A stretch of DNA of 64,000 nt from Lytechinus pictus (taxonomy: Eukaryota). Shown here piece after piece: positions 1 to 14,834 of this stretch. Within the stretch, counting starts at the first letter, position 1. The number at the start of each line of letters is the position of its first letter. Below the pieces are notes generated by a model that searched no databases, was not told the origin of the DNA, and worked only from the letters and a program-made list of their open reading frames with translations. Both the position numbers and the translations under genes were made by a program. The stretch lies in assembly GCF_037042905.1 (NCBI RefSeq), contig NC_087245.1:36644001-36708000 (forward strand). Reading direction: 5' to 3'.

Positions 1-59
1 GGTAATTGACCACCTCTGATTAAGAACAGGCACAATAAAAGATAAGACATATGAAAAAG

Positions 60-330
60 AAAAAAATGAAAATCCATTATTTACTGTTCGAAATAGAAAT
101 CTAAAACAGAAATAATCCGAAAATTTGTTTAGCCCAATTGATCATGGGCCCAGCAGCCACTGTGCAGCGCCAAATCGACGCAGGTCTATCCCTTGAATCG
201 TAGAGCGCCAAACAGGGTAGCAGTAACTCCCATCTTTTAACATATTTTGATCTGACGCCACCGTGGTATGAACTCCCGACCTCCCGGTTGTGAGGCGGAT
301 GCTCTACCAACTGAGAAAACACATCGGTAA
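60..330 (-). mobile_element. Second SINE family with tRNA-like head; another copy at 33570-33795
   Basis: ctcagttggtagagcatccgcctcacaaccgggaggtcgggagttc head; shared body aaacagggtagcagcaactcccatctttt. Confidence 0.7.
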
Positions 331-487
331 CTGAGCCAACACACCAAGTCATTAATTTTTACAAATAGTGTAATTGATTCAAATTAGGCCTGATTCATCA
401 AATTTAGTGATCTACAGTAGTCTCTGCATTCATAATCAGCCTACCTTCAGTCCAACAATTGCCTAATCTCAAAGCATTGCCTCAGAC

Positions 488-643
488 CAGGGCCCTGTAA
501 CACAAAGGTTAGCAATTAATTGCTTAACGAAATGGCCTATCAAGATTATCGTTGCCTGCGCAGTTTGCTCAGTAGACCGACTCGGAACCAATCAGAATCG
601 TTCTTTCAAATTAGCAATTGTTAACCTTTGTGTTATGGGGCCA
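488..643. mobile_element. Short MITE
   Basis: gggccctgtaacacaaaggttagcaatt / aattgttaacctttgtgttatggggcc. Confidence 0.65.
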
Positions 644-803
644 AGAAAATGCAAAACATTTCTTGAATTTCACCCAAGTCAAACAGATTTCTATGGTCTC
701 AAGAGATGACTTGACATAGTTTTAAAACTTGCTGAAAATTCCCTTATCATGTTCTAACATCCATGAAATGGCTCGCTGCTAACAGATTCTACGGACTACA
801 TAC

Positions 804-1113
804 CTTCCTTCACCATCCTTGCAGTTTGGGCAGGTACAGGCCAATCGCCTGACCTTCTTTGGGGGATCTTTGGGCATTGGGACTGGGTTCTGCTCTGCAA
901 TCTGAAGCTCGTAACTGGCCATGGTAGGTGGGTAGTTGGTACCGTTGGTGGAGATGGTCGTCACCGTGCCTTGGGCACCCGATGCGTCTGTCTGGATCAC
1001 CCCCTGCCATTGAGGCTGCTGTTGTGGCTTCTCCGCCTTGATAACCAATGCCTGGCTCATCTGTTGCTGCTGCTGCTGTTGTTGTTGTTGTTGGGTCATC
1101 TGTTGCTGGGTTA
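804..1113 (-). CDS. Sp1-4: Sp1/3/4-family transcription factor, exon with polyQ and Buttonhead box; C2H2 zinc-finger exons lie outside the window
   Basis: Acceptor after pyrimidine tract taccag|TA (phase 1, in frame with previous exon); RRLACTCPNCKDGEGR Btd box; donor GAAG|gtatgt. Confidence 0.92.
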
Positions 1114-2547
1114 CTGGTAGATAAGGGGGGGGGGAGAAGAGGCCAATAGAGGAGGGTCATTCCCACATACAAAGTATTTACGCTTACATACACATTCAGC
1201 TAACATTTAAATAATCCATATCAATGATAGTATGAACAGTATACACAAAAAATATTCTCTTTTTCAATAAAGTACCAGTAGGTCTATGCAAAATGTTCAA
1301 GAATGTATATGTGTACAGAAGCAAGGGACCAAAGCAACCAACCTGATTATAAGGCATTTGTATTTTACCTATTTCTGGTGCACACTTCAGGTACATTTTT
1401 AATTTTTTTTAATTTGTTTTAAAATGGATTTGAAAATCAAGTCAAAGAAGTTCCATTAAGGGGAAATTTCCAAAGGGGTAAATTTAATACCTTAAAGTGA
1501 AGAGTAGAAAAGCTCAATGATTAAGAGTCTGTATGCATTTATGTACTCCCATAAAATATGGAACTTTGACAGTTAGACAAATTTAGATTTTAGGGTATAA
1601 AAAGATCCCAGAGTAGGGCACACAGACAGGATAAAAACAGAATGAACAAAGGTCAGTATTTTCTTTATCTACCTGTAAGTAGGCCTATCTACTGGTACAT
1701 GCACACTGTACGTATTTGTAATGTAATATTGCTATATGTATTGTAACATTATCATACATGTATGCATGTATCAATTGGTGTCAAGCACAACAACCCAACA
1801 TAGAAAATAAGAGATACTGTACGTATGTAAGCTCTTTTCAGAAAATCTATTTTTCCAAATGAATAAGTCTAAATGACATTTTCGGTTTTCACCAACTTTT
1901 ACACTCCATAATGTCTTGCCCAAAATATGAAATCTGTAGAAACTACACATGTACATAATTCAGGTCAAAGTACAATGTAGTTTCAAGTCGGTCTTTCTTT
2001 CAAAATGATTGCAAAACTTGACTGTTTCCTTATCTGTGTCTTTTTTTGTTTGGGGGGGGGGTTGGCAAAAGAAAGGGTCATCTTGGTAATTTGTTACAGT
2101 TAACATCCATCCCAACAAAACTCTGAGGTGAGTATTAATAAAAAAAATCAATAATAATTTTCTTTTCAATCCATTTTACATTAAACTGCTCGTTTAATAT
2201 TTTTTTACAATGATGTGAACGATTGCAAATCATTGACAGAATGCACATACTCTAACTAGATACTGTTGGGAGCTGATGATGTCATACACTCACTGCATCC
2301 AAGTCACATATTTCCCCAAATAATGTAAAGCTTGCTTAGATTCCTCAAGCAACATGTCAAGTCATTGAAATTTGTAGTAACAATTATCATAACTGTTTTA
2401 TGTGACAATTAAACACTAAGTATAAAGTTAGTTCTTTCTTATTTTATATATCTGATATGATGAAATTTTTGGTGTTGCATGTACATGTGTCAGTACTCTT
2501 TTCTCTTTCTATTCATATAAAATTGTTGCTAGGGATAAACTTTGTCA

Positions 2548-3156
2548 TTAAAGGAAAAGTCCACCCAACAAAAAGTTGATTCGAATAAAAAGAAAAAATC
2601 CAACAAGCATAACACTGAAAATTTCATCAAAATCGGATGTAAAATAAGAAAGTTACGACATTTTAAAGTTTTGCTTAATTTCACAAAACAGTTATATTCA
2701 CATCCTTGTCGGTATGCAAATGAGGAGACTGATGACATCACTCACTCACTATTTCTTTTGTATTTTATTATATGAAATATGAAATATTACAATTTTCTCC
2801 CTGTTGTCGTGTGAAACGGCGATTAATTCCTCCCTGAACATGTGCGATTAGCATTGTTTAATACTATATGTTTCAATCAAGTTGGTCCTTATTGTCAAAT
2901 CTGTAAAAAATGAAATATTGTATAATTCAAACAATAAAAAACAAAAGAAATAGTGAGCGAGGGACATCATCGACTGTCTCATTTGCATGTCACTGAGTTG
3001 TGCATATCATTGTTTTGTGAAAAATAAGCGAAACTTTAAAATGTCATAACTTTCTTATTTTACATCCGATTTTGATGGAATTTTCAGCGTAATGCTTGTT
3101 TGATTTTTCTCTATTTATTTAATTAAACATTTTTCTGGGGTGGACTTGTCCTTTAA
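2548..3156. mobile_element. MITE with TTAA ends (Kolobok-like non-autonomous element)
   Basis: ttaaaggaaaagtccaccc..ggggtggacttgtcctttaa with long imperfect TIRs; related copies at 18837 and ~60910. Confidence 0.8.
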
Positions 3157-4879
3157 ATTTATCCTAAAAAATCTATTTATTGCAATCGACATATTGGTTA
3201 CAATTTCCGAGCAATGCCTCGTTTGTTATTTCCTGTTGCATTTTTGTTTTCAATCATTGATATTGCATTGATCGACCCTTAGCATTCAAATGGTTAAGCT
3301 GGATGATGAAAATGTATTTTAAAAATGCATATCGGGCAAAATAGACAAGTCAGCTACCGGTACTAAATTATTGATGTATAGTAAATTGAATACCTGCAAT
3401 TTTACTGAAAATTAGACCAAAATGAAAAATCAGTGCCATAAGCCTAGAGTGGCTCATTAAACATGAGTAGCAAGTTTTTTTTGCAACAGATGTGAATAAA
3501 TTCATGGCAGCCTTACATTGTACATGTACAATACATATCTTCAAATATGATAATAACACAGGAAGAGAAAAATTGAAAGATTTTATTTTTTTTTAGTATA
3601 AGTTGACTCATTCATTCAACAATAATGGACGATTATGAACTGACACAAATCTAACCTCAGGCCATATCCGTTTCAAAACAGCTCATCATTGCTCGTATCA
3701 AATTCACTACTTTAATCCCTATCATCATCCTATCTCCTATTTCCTAATAAAAAGGCTTAAATCATTCTGGGAAATGCATAATATTGTAGCCTAATCTCAT
3801 CAACTATCATTCTTCAATGGACAACACTTTAAAAAAAAAATCTTCTTTCATCATGTAAAAAGTTGCAAAGTTTTTAAGGAAAAAAGTTTTGGGTATTGAT
3901 AAAAAATGTCTCTACAAGTTATCATTTTTTTCAAAATTTGCATTCTTTTAACAGAACATGAAAAAAAAGGGTGATTTCAAAGTTTGATTCCATTGCCAAT
4001 TTAAAGTTATCAGTAGTTACATGTATTTTGAATTAAAAAGTTGAACCAAAGATAATATTGCATTGAAAATGGGCTTTGTACGTAGATCCCTTTTCTCACA
4101 TTCACCTGATATATGTTGCATAATTTTTAGGGCCCTCTATTAAAATATTTTTGACCCAGCTTTAAAATGTGGTCAATCGTCCATAAATTACAAGTGCATT
4201 CCTGACAACAAATGAGTAATCAACTAACTAGGCATATGGGAGTGTCTCTTTACAAATGATAATTGAGAAAGGGCATACATGTAGTACATGAACATTTGTA
4301 CACATATGGGAAAGGTTGATAAGAATGTCTGTGAGCTCGAAAGCATTGAAGTTGTATTTCATGTTATCAAGAGGAGAGTTATAGTATACTATAAGGTTCC
4401 ACTACATACATACATGTATATATACTGGAGTTCATAAATCCCTAGACATGTACACATAGTATATAACCAGGGAGTTCTAGTCCCAACTCCCCGTACATGT
4501 ACTGTACAGTATAGTGGAGATGACACCATGCACACTATGCAGTTTCTTACTGGGAGAGTCCCAAATCTGAGACTTGAGTACAATATAAGCTTAGATACAA
4601 AACCATTATAACTTAATTCAATTACTTTGAGGTCCTTTCTTCTTTAATTAAATTTCAAAATTTCAAGTTTTGCCATTAATAAAAAAAAAAAGTTATCCAT
4701 GTACACTACATTATGCGATTTTGAACTCAGAATTTCCATTCCTTTCCTTGTTTTAAATTGATGATTATGATCAAATTTCGATCATTAAACTGCACTGTTT
4801 CTCTATGAAATAAATTCAAATCAACTTTACTTTGGATGCCAGTTTGGACTTATACTGCAAGAATGGAATGGTAACGTAC

Positions 4880-6617
4880 CTGCCACTGATGTATTCACAG
4901 ATGCAGAGCTTCCAGCTGGTCCCGGTCCAGGGCTGAGTGGTGCCAGATGGACGTTGTAATTAGGAAGGCCTGCAATGGTACTGTTGTTAGCCGTTGATAT
5001 TGCTGAAGTAACATCCGTGGCGATGACTTGTTGCTGAACCTGACCACTGGAGGAGATTGGTGCTGCAACCGACGCACCGCCATGTTGCAGATGGACGGTC
5101 TGTACCTGGGATTGTTGTGGTGTCTTCAGCAGAATTGGACTTTGCATGATCTGTCCGCCATTGCCGTTGAGTTGCTGAATGCTTTGCAAGATGTTCTGGG
5201 GTATCGTGATGCTGCCACCACCTTGGAGCTGGTTGCCTTGAATGGGCAAGGTGATGGTTTGGACCGAGCCCTGGCCACCTGCAACATTGACTGGTAGAGT
5301 TAAGGCTTGGGCTTGTTGGGGCTGTTGTATGGTGTAGTAACCAGTTCCGGGTTGTTGCTGTAATGAGATTTGAGTCGGCTGCACCGACGTACCCGCTTGC
5401 CCTTGGATAGGTTGATGGATCTGTATGACTTGTGCCTGTGGCTGCTGTTGAACCGTCTGTGAGACAACTTGCGATGTTGAATGCTGCTGCTGCTGTTGTT
5501 GCTGTACTTGTTGTACCTGTTGTGGGACAACTGATGCCACAACCTTGCCACCTTGCTGTCTGATCTGTGCAGTCTGGACATTGGTATTTGGTATCTGGAG
5601 GCCACTAACTTGTATTTGTTGTACCTGTCCTGTTGGTTGCTGCAATAAAACTTGTCCTGGTTTACCGGCAAGTTGCACAAATGTTGCCTGGTTACTGTTG
5701 CCTGTATTTGCTCCTTGAATTTGACCACTGTTTGAGATGATTTGGGCAGTTTGAAGCTGCTCTTGAATCTGAAGTTGTGAAGTTTGGGCCGTGTTGTCCG
5801 AGTTGCCCTGTTGCGGGGTGGAGCTGATGATGTTGTAAACCGGCGTGACAACAGTTTGATCTTGTGAAGTGGCATTCGACATGACTGTATTCGGAGCAAG
5901 CTGCAGGGTGATGGTTTGAGAGCCAGGCCCAAGGACGAAGGGTTGCTGAGTTGGTGCTGGTTGTGGAGCAACTGCCTGGATAATCTGTCCAAACTGTACC
6001 CCTGACATAGCAATCTGTGCAACATTGCTTCCAGCCACATTTGTCGATCGGGACGTTGCAGCTTGCGATTGTTTTACAACCGTTTGGGCTGCTTGAGGTT
6101 GGGCTTGGCTTGCACTGACCGGGGTAGCAACATGAGTCGTAATCAGATTCCCATCCTGATCAATTTGCAATTGTGGAACAATACTGTACTGCACATTCCC
6201 GTTTGTAACAATCTGCTGTCCACCTGTTGCTGGACCCTGTTGCTGGTTCAGATTTAAGATGTTAGCTGCATTGAGAGTTTTAGTTGGAGTGGCTCCTGCA
6301 CTAGTAACAGATGAAGCTGGAATGTTTGTTGAACCTCCAGCAACCTCAATGTACATCGGGCCCCCAGCTGAAGTACCTTGCTGCGCCACTGTGGCAAGTT
6401 GAATTGGAAATCCAGGGGGAAGGCCAAGTGCTTGTTGTATCTGCTGGGCGTTTGCTGCATTGATTATACCCCCAGGAATTTGGACTGCTTGCCCCTGGTT
6501 TTGTCCCAAGACTGTCACAGTTTGCCCTTGGTTGATAGCACCAGCCTGTCCATCAGCAGGTGTACCGATCTTACTACAGGTAGCGGCGAGGAGAGCAAGA
6601 GGGGATGGCTGAGTCTC
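4880..6617 (-). CDS. Sp1-4: Sp1/3/4-family transcription factor, large exon with Sp box and Q-rich activation domain
   Basis: ORF 4827-6650; Sp box SPLALLAATCSKIG; acceptor tatgcag|GAG, donor GCAG|gtacgt (phase 1). Confidence 0.92.
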
Positions 6618-6780
6618 CTGCATAGAAATATGGGCGGGTATAAAGAACAAAGTGGGTGTGGGTTAATGAGACTTTATGAACGGCGAACGACAAGCCACTG
6701 CCTACATCATGTCACGCAAGATCACACAATTACCAGCTTTTTTACCGGCATATGCAAACAAAACATGGTATTTGACTCAC

Positions 6781-6843
6781 CTGAGACATACTTGAGGGTT
6801 GAATATAATTTCCTTGTCCTTTTTTAGACGATTTTTTTGCCAT
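6781..6843 (-). CDS. Sp1-4: Sp1/3/4-family transcription factor, probable first coding exon (MAKKSSKKGQGNYIQPSSMSQ)
   Basis: ATG in AAAATGG context, 21 codons, donor CAG|GTGAGT; phase 0 matches the next exon. An extra upstream exon cannot be excluded. Confidence 0.7.
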
Positions 6844-7249
6844 TTTAGGCGATATCTCCACCCTTTGTAACTTCCTGGCACAGTGTTTAGCTGTCCAGAA
6901 TCGCACACATCAATTTACTTCACATGAAAATTACGTAGACACACAAATACACACACACACACACGTACAATGTATACAGATCACAGGCATTGCCGCGCCG
7001 CAAAGAGGCGGCGTAAATCGTCATCAGCGATGTGATCACTCGATTTCGCGAAGCACACTCATACACACACACACACAATAATACAGGGAAGCAGCTGCGC
7101 TATTGAAAACACAACAATGAACACCCAAATATCCCTCCGCCAGTTTTAGTTTTATTAGATATGACACTTTCCTTATTCACTCAGATTCCAGCATCTTGGA
7201 AATAATCTCTCAATTTTCAACAATCATCTCATATTTGTAATTAGAATAG

Positions 7250-7700
7250 AGAGAAAAGGCGAGGTGTCTTGGTTAGTCATGTGTTTATTCTTCACCCGGG
7301 ATTCGACATAGAGCGACATGGATTGATGGGTGGGGCATGTGATAACACAAAACAAAGATTACTTTACTCTCGATCGCCATCGGGACACGTGAATGCAAGC
7401 CTCCACCACTCCTCCTTCCCCTTCCTCCCGGCAGCGCCCACAGCCCCCCCCCCCCCTCTCCCTTAGGGACCTTAGAATTTCCAGGTCATAAAAAAATCCG
7501 TGAGTAAATCGAACATCTATACGGCTATGAACTTGAAATGTATTTATTTCCTTTGCAACCATAGCAAATGCGTTAAACGTTTCGCCCATTCCAAGGAGTC
7601 ATATACTTCGCTCATTGCTCCATGGCATGGCTCATGCGTGTAACGCTGTATAGGGTGACCGTGGCGCCTGGGCATTTTTTAAACAATAACACCAATTTTG
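7250..7700 (-). promoter_or_regulatory. Putative promoter region of the Sp gene
   Basis: Locally GC-richer stretch upstream of the ATG with GGGTGGGG (GT box), CACGTG and a C-tract; TSS not determinable from sequence. Confidence 0.35.
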
Positions 7701-10328
7701 AAAACAATCAATTTTCTTTGTTTGCCCTATTTTATAAAATAATCTTCATATTAGGCCTAATATTAGAAACAACGCAAGATATTTAGCAAATCGTTAAAAC
7801 TATAATGCTGCTGGAAGAATATAATCAATTACTTATTGTATATATATATATAACATAATTTATATATACTGCCTAAAACAAATAATTTCTGTATAAAGAT
7901 TTTTGTGAATAATTAAGATATTTTTTCTCTAAATAGTGTAAACATGTTCACTGAAAATGACCGCAATTTTCTCTATCAGTAAAAAGTAGAATCAATACTA
8001 AATTTGATGTGAAATATTGTTATTTATAAAATAGTTAAAATCATTGTTTAACCCATATGAACAAACGATCTACATAAAATAAAAACATAACAATCATGAA
8101 ACTTAAGAGAGAGAGGGAGGTGAGAAAAAAGATAATATTGAGTAAAACATGTTGAAGTTTTTTTTATAAAGAGCGAAGCTCCAAGACGAAAAAAAAAGAC
8201 TGACCTACGATAAAAAAAAAAAAAAGGCTCCTCGCCAGGGGTTGGCTCTCTTCGTTGTTTTTACCCGCAGCCACGCCTATAAAAATATACTAGTATTGTT
8301 TTTTTACCCTGTCAAAAGATCGATCTTCCTCACCCCTCAGACTGACCTACAATTAAAAAAAAAGACAACAGGCATTATTACAGGAGCATAATAAAAAAAA
8401 AAAACGGAGTGAACGAGGACTCAAGCAACCGTGGACCCGGGATCCCCCACCCCCTCTCTTATACTCTCTCACTCTCCCTCCTCTTGCAAACACCTACATA
8501 ATTATAAATGTAAACCCAACTACTCTCACCCAGAAACACATTATAGGTCTATAATAGTAAAAATGAGGCATGAGGAGCGTTAAAATATAATAATGGCTTG
8601 TCGATTCTTCGGCCGCTATGGGCGATTTGGCTCTTTTCAAACGTCATTAATAGTAAATGCAGATTAAATGTCTGATATTTCAGTTTATCATTGTCGCAAG
8701 TTCGTATATCAAATTCATGACATTGAATAAGTTGTATATGATTCATATTACTCACAATAAGCATAATAAGTATTTTTCGTTGTTCTTGAAATTGACAGGC
8801 CATTATTGCTCTCCACAATAAAGATATCGAAACTGAGATTTACAACAGGAGGAGGGTTTCAGTCCTGCAGATCGGATTGAGAGCACTGGCGTCGCTAGGA
8901 TTCTACCAGCATGGGAGGGGGGGGGCACTGAGGGTCTTGATATTGGAAGAAATTAAAAAGGTGGGGATCAAACCGAGGTTCATTGACACACAGACGTGTC
9001 CATCGATCATGAATGATACGTATAATAAATAAGTCAATCTCACGGATTTAACCTTTTCACCATGATATAGGCACTTTCTTCCACTCATTCGGTTCACTTG
9101 CTTGGAGAGATTTATCGAAATATCGCCTACAATTTATTTCCTTTTTTTTTGCATCTTAATTAAATGGGTCATGTTTAGAAATTGATTTTGATATATTTCA
9201 ACTCTCCGTCCCACATCTGTCTCACTATACTCTCTTTCCATAAAAAGTAGATTCAAATATAGTCAGGGAGATTTTAGTAAGAATCTTAATAATACAAAGG
9301 AAGGAGGCTGTCTATAGGATAACCCACAGGATACCCCCGTTACCTATGATATATATATGCCCCCTCCCCTCCCCCTCGCCTTCTCCATCGGGATGGTACG
9401 TGGTGGAGGCAGCTTGTGGGGGCCAACGTCTGAAACCACGTGCGCAAGTGGTCAAAAGTAAATTAACATGCCCACGCCCATGCTAGCGGTCAATACTCCA
9501 CCCCTTCCAACCCTCTTGACTTCCCTCCTTTGTCCTACCAGTGTCCCAGGTCGCTGAGGGGTGTGGAAGATCTTTTGACAGGGTAAAAACAATAGGCGTG
9601 GCTGCGGGTAAAAACAACGAGGAGAGCCAACCCCTGGCGAGGAGCTCTTCAATAGAGCATCACAAATGAATAGAGCAATGAGCCCTTTGTTGTAGTGTGT
9701 AATTCTAGTCACGTGTTTAAAAAGGAAACATGAAAGATATATATCATCGCATTTTTTATCACCAAATTATTGTCAAAATAAAGGATTAATACAGCATTAG
9801 TATCTCTTTCATTTCAGAAGCACAATTTATTCGATTCTGCATATATTACTTTCTTAGAAATGAGAATTTATAACGGCATTTGTATGTTTTCACAAATAGG
9901 GTCTGCAAAAAAGCCTAGTTATAGGTACGTGATGTTTTCGCAGAGGTGAGTGGGCGTCTATCGGTCAAATTAGGGTCACAGTACAGTGTACAACACTTGG
10001 ATTTGCATATCAAGATGAAGTAGTTCCAGAGAGTTGGGAGCGTGATCTCGAGCCAATGATGACCCCTCCCTCACGACTTTGCCCCGATTTTGCTCCGGCG
10101 GCTTGCATGTTTCCTACACAGTATCAGAGGTGGATAAAATAGTATGAATGACGGGACACAAAGTCTAAATTTGCTATTATATTTCATATTTTGATAAATA
10201 ACCTTAAGCGATGAAGTTTGAAAAAACTTCAAAGGGGAACATGTATAACAATATGACAAACAATGTAGAGTTAAAGATCGAGGAATTCACACTTTAATTG
10301 AACTGAAATATTAGAGAAACAGTAGGAA

Positions 10329-10576
10329 CACTAGCGTACCTACGGGGGGGGGGGGCAGACTGCCCCCCTGACGAGTCACAACCCATGCAAGGGACATATC
10401 CCTGCCCCCCTGACGAGTCTTGAAGACCTTTTTTTTTTTTTTTTTGCTTGTCAATTTTTTTTTCTGGTACGAAATCCTTTTTTTGTGGTTGAAGACCTTA
10501 TTTTTTTTTGCTTGTCAAATTTTTTGGCGGACGAATTTGCCCCCCCCCCCTGTGGAAAATCCTATGTACGCCACTG
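10329..10576. mobile_element. hAT-like MITE with 8-bp target-site duplication
   Basis: TIRs cactagcgtac / gtacgccactg flanked by agtaggaa at 10321-10328 and 10577-10584. Confidence 0.8.
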
Positions 10577-11695
10577 AGTAGGAACATTGCAATAATAGGC
10601 CCTACCTCATTCGAAATGCCTGAAAAGGGGGGAAATATCATGAAATTGATAGCCACACCACGGGGGTATCAAAAGATATATTGTAAATATAACAAACCCA
10701 TATATCATTGGCTTAATTGGTCATATTTTCATTGAAATGTTATCTCATTTCTATTTCTGATCAAGAAAAATCATGATGATGATATCCAGATCCACATTTA
10801 CATCAAATGCTTGTACAGGGTAAATTTATGTTAGGATCTTGTAATTCAATTCTGTCAAAACTCAACAACAAATCTAATTAATAAAATTTTACAAGCATAA
10901 ATGATATAAAACATGGAGAATAAATAAAAGATAAAATCTTACGAGAAAGAGAGCTCAATTGTTTTGGAGGGTAAACAAATTAGTTAACTACCATTTTGTG
11001 AACAGAATCTGGACTCGAGACGGAAGAGTGATATTAAAAAGAGAAGTGGGAACAGGTAGCTCTTAATACAAGACAAGTGAAAGTGACGTAGCAAAACTTT
11101 ACCAATTGAAAGAATGATAATACAAGCATATCCAATTTAGATCTCTCAAAAAAAAAATGGTCAGAGCACACTACAGGCAGGTTTCTGTTTGAGAGTGGAA
11201 GCAAAATTCCAATTTGAATTCAAGTTATATATCCCTATATAGTTTTCTTAATGAAAACATTCATGTTCAGTTAGGTCAGTTGATATTAGTGATTTTTCTT
11301 TAAATTGCTTTAAATGACACAAAAGGTATAAAATCAACCCACCTTACTGCATGGGCATCGATCGATGTTCACAGTTGTGTGTGTGGAGGGGGGGGGGGGG
11401 GGGTGACTAACAAAAATATCGTTGTGTGTGAGGTTGGTTTCTTAATCATTTTTTTTTAGCCTGGGAGGGGGATGTCAGAAGCATAATGATTCTAAAATTC
11501 TAAGGGAGCCGCGAAACATGGCATAAAGGGCAAAATTTACAAAAAGCTGCGAGCGAAGTGAGCGAGCAAATATGTTGACTCTTTAACTACAAAAATCTAA
11601 ACTTGAGATAAATTTTGGCACATTAATTCAAAGAATATAATCTATATCACCCTTTTGATTTTTCTTCTATTTCTTTTCTCCTACTTTCTTGGTCG

Positions 11696-11729
<34 letters not shown>

Positions 11730-14700
11730 GGGGGGGGGGTGTCCCATGGCTCCAAGGTCACGCAATTAGCGGGGAGGGGGGGAGTAGTCCTTAAGACTAA
11801 AGTTTTAAGTATATGTTAGCTTTATTTCTACAACTGAACAAGACTAGGAACTACGTATATAGTAAGGACTAGATCAATAATGCGAGCCGACGAATCACGA
11901 GCTGATCTTTTTTGTAAAGTGACCTGTCAGTTTTCATTCACATTCCACTGTTACACACTCTACTAATTTTCAAATTTCATTTCTTTTCTATGCTCCATCA
12001 AGAAGTGACATTCAAAAAGGTGCTAAAATAAAAGGGGCACATCCCATTCGCTTGGTTGCCGAGAGGGGTAAATAAAAAAGGGATAATGTCATGTATAAAA
12101 ACATAAACATGAACATGTTATTCTATTTCGTTCTTGAATTTATTTGAATGTATTTCTCCTTTCATCTGGTTCTACCAATTTCTGAAGGAACGGTTTTATT
12201 CAATGACAACAAACATACAATTCCGATCGTGTTTTATACGAAAATCAATACTACCATCATCGTGATCATCTTCTACTCCCTCCTTATCATCACAATCATA
12301 TACTAGTCAAATTGATATAATACAGGGCATCCAGGGGCGAATCCAGCCTTCGCCAATAGGGGGGGGGGGGGGGTGGGGGTGGCGGACAGGATAGCTCAAC
12401 AGATGTGATGCAAATAATGCAACAAAATAATCGTAAACAGGATGGGTAAGTTTTATGTAACTAAAAAAAATATTAAAGCGCGAAGCGCGAGCGGGAAAAA
12501 AATTTAGACCTAAATGCTGTCCATTTATTTACTTTTTAGATAGCCATTTACCCACTCTGTTTTCTTGTTAATAGTTTATGATGTCACTCCGTATTTTTTT
12601 CTATTCTGAATGAATTTCACATATCAAAGGTTGTGTTTGTATATTACTGTAGCTATGATTATTTCTGTTGCAATAACTTGATTGCAAATCTCTATTTTTT
12701 AACTTCATAACGACCTGAACGATTTTTTTATCCAACACATAATTATTCCAATCTCAGGCTGGTATTATCACATACAATCTCACCGTATGCATATACATGT
12801 CTCAATCAATCAACTGTTTTCTCTTTCAAATGTAGATGATTTTAAGTGTATATACAATCTTCAAATATAAATTATATTTTAATGTAAACATTGCACAATT
12901 CGACTTCGGACTAAAGCATTGTATTGTTTGTACTTGTTTTACTATCTAATAAACCGAAATTGAAATCCTTCATGTTGAATGTTTGTTCAACTGTATCTAG
13001 GGCGCCTTTGTAAAGCAGTTTTTTTTTACTGAACAGGCCAACCCTGAAGTATTAGGTAAATAAAACAAAATAAATAAATAAATGAATGAATAAATAAATA
13101 AATGAATGAATAAAAAAAAAACCCAGTTTAATACTGAAGTTGGAGCAGAAAGGTTCTTTACTTTGGTGAATATTACGAAAAAATGTTAAGGCTATAGAAC
13201 CAGCCCCACCCACACACACACACAATAAGAAGGTTGAAGTATTTTTATTCAATAATTAGAAAAAAAAATCAATATCAAATTCAGATTAAATGTAAATTAC
13301 CATCATAATAAAACTCACAAAAAAAACCTGACAGGCGAAGACAGATGATTTTCATTCTTTGATTTTTATTACAAAAATAATGCTAACATATTCTATTTTT
13401 TCATATAGTTCTTGCATTATTTCTTCAGACGTGCTTGAAATGTACATACAGTGGAAATAGAGCTTTTATTTCTTCAATCCTCGCAACAATGAATCCATAC
13501 TATTAATCTTTGTTTTTTTCAATACTGCATGTTATACAATTAATTTTATTTGTGTATTTCTGTGACACTTCAATCAAATTAGGATGAATCTATTCAATCT
13601 CTTAACCTTTTCAAGAAGAACATGTTTATTGGTTTTGGTAATATTATTATCTAATTTCTGCTTCAACCATAAACTATCAAATGCATTATTTTTTTCTTGT
13701 AAAATAGATGTTCAGATCCCCGTACTTATCAAAAGATATAGAAATACAAATAAGCCATTTCAGGAAAATATATAAAACCAAATTTGTAAAGAATCAGTTT
13801 GGTACAAAGTTCGATTGTGATGAAACGGTACAGAATTCTTTTTTTTTCTGACCTGTGACTCAGCTTAGTCAAATCTATCAATTTTCACTTTTCTTATTTC
13901 AATTATGCAATATCAATATGTTTCATTCTTTATTTCTGGTTCAATTAAAAGAGGTTTGACATACTTTGCCGAAGTGCTTTCTTTTCTTAAACTATGATAG
14001 AAGTGGAGGTTTGTGGAGCCCCTCCCAAAATGACAAGAAACTGCATGTGCCTCAACTCAAATAAAAAAAAAATTGTCTATAATTTTACATTATTTCAATT
14101 CAATATCCTCACATTGTAGATATTCAAAATGATCAATAATACATGAAAAATAGGTTGACTTTGTCTTGCTATAGACACCTGAACAATATCTGCACAATTG
14201 AAAATGGTTATGCATTTTATTTAAGGTGCCATTATAAGTTGAATTCTTTATCAATTATTACATACTTAAACTCTAAAAGTGTAAAAAGTAAAACAAAACA
14301 ATTCAAACTGATGATAAGTTACTTTGCAGGGGAAAATACATCTAATTCATTTCGGAAATCAATACAGTATCTTTTCTTTGTTCCACAATTTACAATATTG
14401 CACACGATGTAAATACATACAATTTTCAATTGGAATTAAAACTTGCTGGTCGTAAGTTTATCTAATTATAAAATGCATTCAATAAAGAGTATATTCTAAA
14501 TTGCTAATGAAAAAATAAAAAGGTAAAATTCAGGTTTAAAAATCAAATGACTCTGTAAGTTATGTAATAAGCAAATTGAGCAAATTTGAAAATTTGATAA
14601 TTATTGCACTGATGGTTTAGAAGAAGCCATATTACCATGCAGTGAAAGTTGAAAAATATACTGTTGAAAAACACAAATTTTCTACCCTTTCCTGAGTTTC

Positions 14701-14834
14701 AAAGCAATATTTGACAAAAATAGGATAGAGGTACATAAAACATATATACTCAGCCAAACACTCTACCAGGGAAATTGTAACAGTAGTGTTCTGCATGGAC
14801 TAGGTCTAATAGTGCACCATTATAAATAAATTGC

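Noticed and set aside
5028..6827. Overlapping or antisense ORFs within the large Sp exon (likewise 45137-46469 in PIKfyve)
   Set aside because: Shadow frames of real coding exons with no recognisable domains
7180..7195. Alternative upstream Sp start exon (ATGCTGGAATCTGA|gtgaat)
   Set aside because: Phase is not compatible with the evident downstream acceptors; unsupported without transcripts
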